Positions 41,767 to 52,704 of a stretch of 64,000 nucleotides of DNA are shown here, piece after piece; the first letter of the stretch is position 1, and the number at the start of each line of letters is the position of its first letter. The position numbers and the translations under genes were made by a program. The notes under the pieces are model-generated. The model was not told where the DNA came from and searched no databases. It was given only the letters and a program-made list of their open reading frames with translations. This DNA is from Lingula anatina (taxonomy: Eukaryota; Animalia; Brachiopoda). The stretch is taken from contig CM120646.1 of NCBI GenBank assembly GCA_051362555.1, forward strand, positions 12,028,001 through 12,092,000, given 5' to 3'.

Positions 41767-44700
41767 TACACCCTGTCATCGCAACGGCAGGGGGCCAAAA
41801 CAGCCCCCACCTTTTTTTTAATAATCCTAGTACAAAAATGTCTAAAACTGTATGTCCTGTATACTGTAGCGAGAGTGAACTTACTCGTTTCTTCTGCGCC
41901 ACCCAAAGGCAACAATCCACCTGGCTTTATCACCGCAGTGGGGTCGTTGGTGACCTGGGATAAAATAACAGGAATATGACTGGGATATACTGACGCAGAA
42001 AACAATAAAGGCCATCTCTCTCTCTCAGTCATCGACCACCAGTATCATCAACATGTGATATATATACTATTATACAGTATTTTCTCCTATATTCCTAATG
42101 TTTCCCTAAACCGAAATAGTAAAGAGAATATTTTAATTTCTGAATAGATAAGTAAATAAATGAATAAATTAAGATAAAAGTAAGTCAATACACGAATAAA
42201 ACAAACAAACAAATAAATAAATATGAACCTTGCCCTCTTTGTCAACGCCCCATCCGTCTGGTATCTTATGTCCTCGTCTTTCTGCTATCTCAACCTCAGA
42301 TAAAACAAGTAATGCAAACGTTATAGTATTGGTGAAAAAAATTCATTTTGCATTTTTGCAACACATTTTTATCAAACACCGGTAAATAATTATAGTCTAG
42401 TGAGATTTTTGAAAAAATGCTCTGCATAAGAGGCAAGGGGCATCTTGGGGTAAAAGTTGGGAACCAGGCTTATTAGCATAATTTTGGGATGCTGAATCCG
42501 ATTTACCCGGTTCCCAAGCGAAATTTTGCGTTTTTACCGGTCTAATTTGCAAAAAAACAAAATGGCCGCCAGATTTCCTATTTTCTGCAATACCTCTGGA
42601 ACTAGACAGGCAAATGTGACAAATGAAGTGTCTTTACCTATATTTTCAGGGTCGAGGAACATTATTAAGATGTTTCTGTTAGAATTAGATTTACGCAATT
42701 TTCCTAAATATGCAAATTAGGATCGCCATTACTGAAAAACCGTTTTACTTCTGTATCTCTGTAACTCACCCTGAGCTTCAGAGCTAACTTGACACTAACC
42801 TCTTCACTGTAGCCTATCTTCATCGTGTCAAGTAACCTCTGACCAGATTCGATTGCCTCCGCCGCCCGCCAATCAAATTTAAAAGCCCGCACTCAATGAC
42901 TCATTAAACGATCTAGCCAATGAACGCGAACGAGTCAAAGCGCGCTTTGTTCAAATCCGGACCAATCAAAGATAAGGCTGAATATCAGGGACTTGCCGTA
43001 ACCTGTGGGCAGCACGCAAATAACATCGTCTCTCAGTAGATAATGATGCAGGGCCTCAAACTGCTTAGACCCTATGGTTTCAATTCCGATTTACTCATAT
43101 TTTGCAAAGAATCAAGAGATAACTTAACACATTCTTTTTCGTACATTGTAGTCACTCGCCTTGCTTTCTTTGTGTACGGTAATACACTCGGAACTACTCG
43201 GATGTCTCCGCACTCGACAATAACTATGTTGTTAGTATGGAGCTTGCGGAATCAGCCGAGGATTGCCGATTGACGGTCAACCAATCAGCGTTTTCACCAA
43301 ACTTTGGTGAAAAATTTTGAAACATGGATTTGATTGGCTTATATAAACTAGGTCAAACTATTTTCGTCAGAGGTTACTTGACACGATGGAGATAGGCTAC
43401 AGTGAAAAGGTTAGTGTCAAGTTAGCTCTGAAGCTCAGGGTGCTGTAACTAGGCAAGCAAACATGACAAATAAAGTGTCTACACTTATGTTCTCAGGGTC
43501 AGGGAATGTGATAAATCAGATTTCTTGTCTGATGGGTAGCACTGACTTTGTGAATCGTGTCCGAGTAGCACCTTTTATTGTTTCTTCCCTGTATCTGTCA
43601 AACACAAGTCAATCTGCTGATAGTTAAAACCTGCCTTCAGAACCGCTCTTACGTACGTGTCAGCCAAACTACCAAAGGTCACTGCATTGTCAGGCTTTCC
43701 CAGTGAAATTGTCAGTGCTTGCCCATCAATTATAAGGCAAGGTGAGCAGAGGCGGATCCAGGATTATTTGAAGGGGGAGTCCGCGGATGCAAAGCCCCCC
43801 CCCCTCCCCCCCACTTGGCAACGGGTAAGGGGCCTGTTGAAGGGCCACACAAAATTTTGGTATTAAAGAGGGCGAACGGTGCCATTTGGTATGGTTTACA
43901 ACTATGAATCAGCTAGTCAAAATTATAATTTCAAGGGAGGACCAGAATTCGAAGGGGGGGGGGGGGGGTCAGGGCCCGCCTTACGTAATATGTGGCAGTT
44001 TCTCTGAGCAGTCCTCTTTGGCTGGTTACAGAATGCGTATAAAAGGGCAGCAGTTCTGCAGAATAGGTCTCTATATTTCGACAACGTCCAGTCAGAAGAG
44101 TTTGATATTTTGCAGACTCTTAGCTGACCTTACGGTATGTGAACTAACGGCAGCAACTTGCCACACTATTGTTGCATTATGCCAGAATGGACAGAAGCAA
44201 ACTGCTATTACCAGACAGCTGAATGTGTCCCAGGGAGCAGTTTCTAACGTCTTACAGAAACACGCCCAGACTGGTGCATTAACACAGAGACCATGGCCAG
44301 GATGTCCTAAAGTCACCACCAGAAGGAAAGACCGCTTGCTTCTGCGGTTATGTCGCAACAACCGGACAAAGACAACTCTTGCTGTACAAAATGAGTGGCA
44401 AATTACCATTCAAAAGCATGTTTCTAGAACTCTAGTGAATGCAAGGCTACTTTTAGCTGGTTAACTCTATGAACAGAGCAACATGGTGGGCTAGACGCCA
44501 TTTGCGGTTCCAGGCACAGCACTGGTTTCATGTAGATTTTTACAGATGAGGCAGGGTTTGAGTTCCACCACCGCGATGGCTGAATCAGAGTCAGTAGGTT
44601 TCCAGACGAGTTACTGCACGGGGATTGTGTCACACTACAGTGACTTGTGGCCGTGGCAGTATCTGTGTATGGGCCGGTTTCCACTCTGGAGCCAAAACAC

Positions 44701-47700
44701 TATTGGTGGCAATTGACAGAAACCTCAACCAGATAAAATACAGGGACATTATAGAGAATACTTGCTTGCAATTTGCAAGAAGGTACTTCCAGGACAACTT
44801 CATCCTGCAAGATGACAATGCCCGACCACACCATGCCCATGCAATAACTGCTTTTCTGCAAAACCAGGAGGTAAACCAGTTGCCTTGGCCGACGAAATTC
44901 CCCTGACATGAATTCTATAGAAAACCTGTGGGCATAAATCGCTAGCAGAATCAAGAGCTTACCCGTCCACCCTACAAATCGGCACAAGCTTAGGCAAGCT
45001 CTGACTAATGCGTGTAACACAATACTGGATCATACTCTCGGAAACCTCTTTGCATGGAATGAGGGCTCTGGTTGCAGCTAGAAGAGGCTGCACGCGTTGT
45101 TATCAGTTTCCATTTTTCACATTTGTATTGATGATTCTTTTGTGTGAGAGAAAATCCTTACCAACTGATATTCTTGATAATATCGAGTTCATAAGAATGT
45201 AATACCTCGTTATCAGCTATAAAATTATCCATGCGCTGTTTATAACGCTGATTTGAATATTAAATTATTATTTAAATTAAATTTTTGATGATGTATTCAC
45301 CCGGGTTGATTTATTAAAGCCATATCGAACACGATAACAAGTGTATTTTCATCCATTACTAATATATGGGAAAAATTCAAAGAAAATATGTTTGAAAAAA
45401 ATCCATTTTAAATGTGAAGTCTGTACATTGCATCACATGAATTACTTGATTCAGCAAATCCCTCTATTGCATTAATAAGGTAATCTTTTTTAAATCTAGG
45501 TAAAAGGGGCAGTTGTGTGATCCAATATGTTTACATCCCAATGGCAGCGCAGTATTTAATTGCAAAATTCAATTCAGATTCGAATAATTGCTACAGTGTG
45601 ACAGTGTAGCACTCATTGCTGATTTGATTATAGTGAAAATGTCTTAATCACTTTCCCTAACGCTGAAAACATGGGTGTGGGCACTTCATATGTCATGTTT
45701 GCTTGCCTAGTTAACGTAAAAGCAGTTCTGAAGGCAGGTTCTAACTATCAGCAGATTGACTTGTGTTTGACAGATACAGGGAAGAAATAATAAAAGATGC
45801 TACTCGGACACGATTCACAAAGTCAGTGCTACCCATCAGACAAGTCATCTGATTTATCACATTCCCTGACCCTGAGAACATAGGTGTAGACACTTCATTT
45901 GTCATGTTTGCTTGCCTAGTTACAGAGATACAGAAGTAAAACAGTTTTTCAGTAATGGCGATCCTAATTTACATATTTTGGAAAATTGCGTAAATCTAAT
46001 TCTAACAGAAACATCTTAATAATGTTCCTCGACCCTGAAAATATAGGTAAAGACACTTCATTTGTCATGTTCACCTGTCAAGTCCCAGAGATATTGCAGA
46101 AAATAGGAAATCTGGCGGCCATTTTGTTTTTTTGCAAATTAGACCGTTAAAAACGCAAAATTTCGCTTGGGAACCGGGTAAATCGGAATCAGCATCCCAA
46201 AGTTATGCTAATAAGCCTGGTTCCCAACTTTTACCCCAAAATGCCCCTACTATTCATCTTTTGTGGAAATCCCACTAGACTATTAATATGCTCTGAGCCT
46301 TATGGTAGCAGAGACTTTGATTCCCTTATCGTTGTATAGCAACCGATATTTCCATGGCAACTCACCTTTCCCATAGCAACCGTGGACGTTGCCATGTCCA
46401 GAACAAAACTGTCACCATTTTCAGCAGGAGCCGCCATTGAAATTGGATTGGTGCCGAACGTTGGCTAAAATTTGAAATATGGTGTTTTTACTCAGAATAT
46501 TACATTATTATTCAAAACGTACTGTTTAAGTGCGTGCGGAATGCTCGTGCGCTTGGCAGCTGTATGTGTGTCCACGTGTCCCCTTTGCTGTGGTTGTGGG
46601 TAGCATGTGTGTGCGTGTTATATCGTGTGCGCACTAGTCATTGTCATCACCGAGGGCAGAGTCAGAAAGATAAAGCGCTGAAGATATGATCACTTTACCT
46701 TCTTTGCACGGGTTGGGACAATGGCAGGGGAGGAATTCGTGAAGGCCAGTCCCTGAAAGAATAAAGAACTAGTGCTCAGTGCTTTACACCAAACAGAGTT
46801 TTACACAGCGGTTACCATAATAGGTACACTGTAGCAAGGTGGAAAAGACGAAACCGCTTTGCTTATGTTTTCATCACGGCCGATTTTGTTGGTTTGAACA
46901 TTTCTAAAAGTTACTCATTAAAACAGCACGTTAGCTGAAAAATCTCTGGTGTTTTATCAATAATCACATGTGGAAATCGACCTTAGCTACTTATTACACT
47001 CAAAAGTGTATTTGATACTCTCGTCTCTTGTTGTTGAGTTGAGACGTGGACAGAGAAAGATTTTTTCTGACACAAACACTGAATGTAAACCATGTTGAAG
47101 CAAGACGATTGTTTTATGGAAACCTTACTATTAACCCCTGTTCACAAGCCCGCATACTGTACCAGCCAGCAATTCCAAAATGGTTTGATTCTGTAAATCA
47201 GAAAGGATATGCTTATTAAAAGAAATAGAAACTAAGTAGCATGCCGAATTTGCACACAAATTTTCTATTAAAATTCGAAGCGTTTTAGTTTTATGCTAGC
47301 TTACTTCATTTTTAGTTCTAACATAAAAATGGTTGAACCAAAATTAATTTAATTAGGGCGTGTGACTGTATACAAAACAAAATTAAAAAAAAAAAACATT
47401 TGTTGAATTTAGCAGTTAGAAGTCTCGACAGTTTTACAAACGGACTTTATCCCGATTTGTCCTAGGTTTTAGACCAAAATGTTCAGTAATTTACTTTGAC
47501 CCAAATTAAACCAAAAGTAAAGTCCATTTAAACGAAATATTCTTTAGTAACCTGACCTTATTTCATGTAAAATGAACTAAGTGCTTATTTTATTTTTAAA
47601 AAATAAACGTTGGTTTTAATTGCGTCCATCAACGACCTACAATAAATTCACTATACAAGTACCAGTAAGTAGAATTTTAAATCCATACCTTTAACAGCGA

Positions 47701-49377
47701 CCATTGCAATCCCCGCCTCTTTGGCCTTCCGTATAGCAAGGTCCATGCAAAATTTGGCGACAGGCGGACCTGGGGCGTTGTTGCCGTTAACCCAGGCGGT
47801 TGCAGCGGTCTCGTTCTCAATGGTTGGAACAGCGTCTTTGTCCGTCGTACCGCAGATAATATCATCTACATACATTTCTGGAGTAAAAATTGACAGTATG
47901 TAATTTTCGGTCATTCATCTTCACTTCTGGACTCGCTGACTGCAATCAGATTAATGGACTTACACGCCTCCTCTTATTTCCAACGTACTCGTATAATCGC
48001 CAGGTTTTCTGTATTCTACTCCACTCCAAACGGAGGCAAGTTACACCCCATTTCCATAGATTTTTAGATCGATCTATCCCCGCGGGGAGTCTCACTAGAT
48101 TTCTGTCAGATAATCTGGCTTAAATGTGAGTCCCGCCTACTACAAGCTGTAAGGAGGTAATTAACTTTCGTGTCCGCTCGGCTGACAGCTATTTAGCGTG
48201 AACCTCCAGGGAGTTAGGTCGATCTAAATCTTAATCTTTAGATCGATCTAAATCTCTGGGAAAGCACCCTTAGTCTGTTCATCTGATTGCATTCAGCGAG
48301 AGACCGCACAGAGTAAGTCCGCCATAGCTGGGTCAACTTAACTCATTCGGAACGGGCCCTATAATATGTTAACTTAGAAGTTGAACCCACATGACATGAA
48401 TACTCATTAATACAAACTCAATTTTTTGGGGTTTAACATTACAAAAAAAAAAAAAAAAAAATCGTGCTGCGTGAATAATAGCATCCGTCACAGCTATAAC
48501 ACAACGTGCTCAAAATAGCAATTTACGATTGCGACAAATGCATTAAATATAGAAATGGTTACATGACGAGAAAAGGTCAGCCGGTGCTTTCATTTCAACC
48601 AAATATAAACAAATTTTGTATGGATTGTATTTGTGGGTATCACAGACAAGGGGTTTTCGTGTACATTGTCGTGAACAGAAAACGGTTGTAGGCCTACTCT
48701 AAGCAAATAAAGACAACACTTTTTCCACCATTTTCCTCAAAGATGTCGCAGTCGAGTCACGAGCTGGCACACTTTCTGTTTAGACAGCAAAGCATTACGT
48801 TCGTAGAGATGGGTCGGTTCTTTTTAATTCTTCATGGGAACCCTACTTTACATAGGTCCAGCTTTGAGAACAAATCAGCTAGAATGTGTATTCATATCAT
48901 TAAGATGCAGCTTTGACCCCTGGGCGACCCTGATTATCGAAGATCGCGGATAACAAAAACCGCCCACCCACGCACGTACGTATGCGTGTACTGAGCTCGT
49001 GTGTGCATACGTGCCCGTGTTTGCACAAGTGGACACACCAACGGGCGCACACCAACATATGAATGACAAGACCACTACAAGAACTTCACTGTGCCATATA
49101 ATAATACAAGCTGGCCGACACTTACAACTTAACATTTTTAACCCTGCACGTTTGCACATATATCATATGCCAAGCGCTAAATTAGGTCTACTTCATGAGT
49201 ATCCTCACCTAATCTGTTTAATCCATGACTAAAATGACCGCGGTAGTCGGCAGCAGTAAGGAGATCCGCCGTAGTGTCGGCATATTCTTGGCTAGAACCC
49301 ACGGCGGTCAGGCACCGGACGGCGAACGCGGTCACCTCTTCCCTCGGCACGATCAAGTAGTCCCCTTCAGCAGCCAT
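37386..49377 (-). CDS. Ldh_2 family (type 2 malate/L-lactate, AllD/ComC/DpkA-like) NAD(P)-dependent oxidoreductase (~361 aa, 11 exons)
   Basis: Exons are 49377-49209, 47877-47689, 47190-47129, 46752-46699, 46464-46366, 42294-42229, 41954-41885, 38664-38546, 38098-38003, 37713-37603 and 37436-37386; total 1086 nt in frame. Family motifs are ADYRGHFSHGLNRL, SNHFGIAGWY, FTNSSP, FGTNPI, LDMATS, IPDGWG, LLPLGG, GYKGYGL, GQCFIAIDP and VLVAGDPE. Confidence 0.93.
38896..38970 (+). ncRNA. tRNA-derived (tRNA-Pro-like) Pol III head, SINE-type; not a functional tRNA
   Basis: A box tggcctagtgc (38906-38916) and B box ggttcaaatcc (38950-38960). The stretch ggtgtgaggggtcccgggttcaaatcc resembles the 3' half of eukaryotic tRNA-Pro (from memory). 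No clean acceptor stem. Confidence 0.7.
38896..41764 (+). mobile_element. Degenerate RTE-clade non-LTR retrotransposon (APE + RT) in intron 7 of the Ldh_2 gene, antisense to the host
   Basis: APE motifs are IQVYAPT, WTWQS..NEIDYI and SDHR. RT motifs are NYRPICLL, EQAGFR, FVDYEKAFDSV, GVRQGDTISP, RFADD (~40941), YIYLG, TYGSETW and WRWAGHV. It has a (GAT)n 3' tail, multiple frameshifts and stops, and a candidate TSD aataca at 38890-38895 and 41765-41770. Confidence 0.93.
42767..43442. mobile_element. 676 bp MITE (hAT- or P-like, ~78 bp TIRs, 8 bp TSD ctgtaact) inserted in the left TIR of the Academ-like element
   Basis: ctgtaact|caccctgagcttcagagctaacttgacac ... gtgtcaagttagctctgaagctcagggtg|ctgtaact. 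The right TIR preserves the empty site (~45905-45935). Confidence 0.9.
43747..43981. mobile_element. Short GC-ended MITE remnant
   Basis: cagaggcggatcc ... gggcccgcct with poly-C and poly-G tracts; ends resemble the elements at 19969 and 63281. Confidence 0.5.
44134..45103 (+). pseudogene. Tc1-family transposase pseudogene
   Basis: HTH region (ITRQLNVSQGAVSNVLQK..G.PKVTT), then FTDEAGF, VWAGF, FILQDDNARPH, WP..DMNSIENLW and a C-terminal ALVAARRGCTR. It carries several stops and frameshifts. A TATA-like gtataaaag lies at about 44037. Confidence 0.9.
48044..48270 (+). mobile_element. MITE copy 3 (same family as 14158-14373), in intron 1 of the Ldh_2 gene
   Basis: Shares gatcgatctatccccgcggggagtctcactagat...cccgcctactacaagctgtaagg...gacagctatttagcgtgaacc with copy 1. 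Confidence 0.85.
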
Positions 49378-51538
49378 TTTGTGTAAGTTGTACAATGTAC
49401 TTCCTTTGCAGTGTCGGCCGTCTCCTCAGTGGGGAACACCGGAGATAACCAGCGACCGCAAACACGCAACTTGAAGGATTATCTGCTGACCTGGAGGGTG
49501 TATTCCACTGGCGTGCGCTGTATATGACCCACTCTGGCTACTGGTTGCATTATTAAGAGCACATGTAACACAATGCATAGGCCCCTATATGTACATGTGG
49601 ATGTGAAGATAGGCGTCTTACGGGTTCAAGGGGAGGGTGGATCTATTGTGTCAAAGTGCAGTCTTCTCTCCGTAGATTCTAATAAGTCTGCAATGTCCAC
49701 CGATATATTAACAAATGTAATGCTCTTGTAAATAGTATATAATTATACGATGCAGGGGTCATCGACTTCTGACAAAGTTCTTTACTTGTTACAAGTCTTA
49801 TAACTCTGCAAGGCCTATGTTACTCTTACCCTGTGTGTTGTGCGATAAGCTTGAACAGGGGTTTCCATGGTATTTATTTTTACGTAATTTTTAGCAAGTC
49901 TATTGCTCTGCCCTTGCGGGCGTGGTGCAATGCCACCTAAGGTATGGGTGTAAGTCTACAGGATGGGATGACAATTTTCAAGAAAAAATAATAATGTGTC
50001 AGAATTTTTGGGACATTTTAGTCAACGTTTTCTTTGAAGAACTTAATACTTCTTGTTTAACCTGTAATCTTTTTAAAGAACATCTGGTTATGATAAAAAA
50101 ACGCAACATCATGGTTTCTATTCTTCAGGGATAAAATTATGCCCCATACCGATTGCCATCTCACCTCAAAAGAGAAAGGTGTTCAATTTACGATTAAAGT
50201 TCTGAGTTGCCTTCGCTTTCACATTGCAACGTGAAATGAAAACCCCGATATTTTAAATTTTCAATGGATTTTTATTGCTTTAAATCAGCACAAAAATAGA
50301 CGCATTATTGAATAATTAGATGCAGGAAACAACTAATTTTGGGTATCTGGATAACAATAAAGGCTTACAATGCCCTTAAAGCAAACTATAAAGACAACAG
50401 AAAAACTTATTTATCTGCTCTTCCAACACTGTTTGCTTCACTACTTTATCTGAGATTAATAACTTAATCCCGCAGTTAAGATAAGACACTGCTTTGCATA
50501 ATATACATAATACTTTGCATATAAATATACGGCACATCAATACTGGGATTAAGATATACTTGTACCTGAATATGATAACGGTATATTTTACATGCTTTCC
50601 ATCTGCCACGTAGGCCTACAGCCGCAACTAAATATAAATATATATATGAACTGAAACACAAAGTTACCAAGAAAATAAACTCTGTTGACAACAATGGTGC
50701 AACGTTGCATTGCAATATTTTTACCCAAATATATAATACAAAACTATATGGTACTACAGTAACTGCAGACTTATATACTCTTGAATATTGGTATAACATT
50801 GTATTGCCCTTCCAATATAACACCAAAACCTTACCACCAAATTATACGGTATTAATCAGAATTTTACTATTATATACGGAGAACCTCTTGCACTATAACC
50901 ATATTCAATATGGGAAAAAAGTGAAAATATTGGCAGAACAATCGCATCAGATGCACTACATGTGTACTGCGTATACAGTAATAAGCACTGCACCGAGTTG
51001 CATAATATTATAGCATTTGATGCTTCAGCGTCAACTTTCGGTATGTAAGTAAAACTTTACTCTCTACCCCACTGATCAAACTACTGCGCCTTTTCGCTCC
51101 ACTAGTTAAGTCTAAAATTCATAAGACAGCGGTTCAACAGGTTATCACCAAGGCTTCTAAAGAAGAAGCTGATTTTTCTTACAGATTTATTTCTTAGGGA
51201 AATTTTGAAGTACTTCTTTATTTGCTTGGAGTTTAAGTCATTTTAATGAATCTTTTTTAGTCTTCTACAAGCACATCTCCTCACATGTACTCTTATATCT
51301 TAACGATAGCTTTTTAAACTTCTGATAACTGATAGAAATTCAGTTTGGAAAACGCACAGCAGTCATTGACACGGGGACGTCAAAGCACCGAGGCTCACGA
51401 ATCTGAAGCTCTCGCAACCTTCTCAATGTTTTACATTTTTCAAGTTTCCTTGCCAGCGTTACACGTTTCATTGCTTGCGTTACAAGAATTCAGCGTTCCC
51501 CTTACAAATTCCTTTCTCTTGTGTCATCGCTTTGTCCA

Positions 51539-52704
51539 TTAATCCCACTCAGCATCATCGTCGGGATCCAGAAGTTCCTGTATGCCATATACCCAACGTT
51601 CCACCGAGTATGCGTCCGAGTGAACGAAATAGTACTTCTTTCGCCCCACGTCTATTACCATGCCTGAGTTTTCTGGTGAATAAAGAATACGAATTTCTCA
51701 TATAGTGTCGGGAATAGAGATATTTCACATAATAATAATACATGGAGGAAAAATAAATACAATACAATATTTAGTACAATACAATACAATACAATACAAT
51801 AATGTACAGTTCGCAATTTTCTTCTTAACAATTTAGTAATTTTTTACTGGAAATTATAAATAATTTTCATTACAGAAAATTAATTACCTCCATCAGTGGC
51901 AAAGTCGGCGGAAATGATCTTGTTCAACTTCAGACTGCTCCTGTACAGGTTCTCCCGCGGGCCCCAGACTAGCCGGATGCCTTTTGGTAGCTCCTTGGCT
52001 TTTCCCGGCAGAAGAAGTCGCATGTGAACCGGGCTCAGCTTACCATCCACTTGTTTAGAAAGATGGCCCCCTTAAAACAAGAAAAAAACTCTTCAGAATA
52101 CACACAAAAGAAGGAGGTTATCACTGATTAAGGAGTAACCTAGGGTTAATTTCACAATAAATAAATAAATAGATAAAAATAAAAAAAATTAATAAGACTC
52201 GGTTGATGCATGAGAATGTTTGACTCCCTGTGGTCAAATTTACACGTGTGTATCATAGTGTTAGATCAACTGCGCATTTATTACGAAGTAGACTTTTACT
52301 AATTTATTTATTTATCAACTTGTTTATTTGTTTGTTTCTTTTACCAATTCGTTTGCAAACATTGTACCGTTCATAAAACTCGCTCTCAGATTTCATATTG
52401 CATGAAGGCATGACGGTCTGCTCAAAGCAGAGATAGATGTAATTTGGACAGGAAATCAAACTTCTGTCATCAGCTACGAATGATTAGGCTGTCAGGTTTG
52501 CTAAATATATGCTGTTAGATAAACGGTTCTCGTAAAAAAAAACAACTGACCTCCTTGCAGTTTCAGCACGTTCGGGGAATACGGCATAGAGGACAAAATG
52601 GCACGAATCTCCTGTGTTGTGGCAATGTCAAACTTCATCTGACTGTAATATTCCTTCAGTTTCTTCATGCCAGCGCTGTACTCGTCCTTATTCAATGTCG
52701 ATAT
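51539..52704 (-). CDS. Three terminal PKS exons encoding a putative PH-like domain
   Basis: The spliced translation is ISTLNKDEY...[110 protein letters not shown]. All junctions are GT-AG with matching phases (0,1,1). Confidence 0.75.

Larger units (their letters stand above)
42393..46282. mobile_element. Academ-like DNA transposon shell with ~560 bp TIRs and 3 bp TSD (TTA), in intron 5 of the Ldh_2 gene
   Basis: tta|TAGTCTAGTG ... CACTAGACTA|tta. The segments 42393-42766 plus 43451-43645 are the reverse complement of about 45722-46282. TAG..CTA ends with a 3 bp TSD fit the Academ superfamily (inference). Confidence 0.8.
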
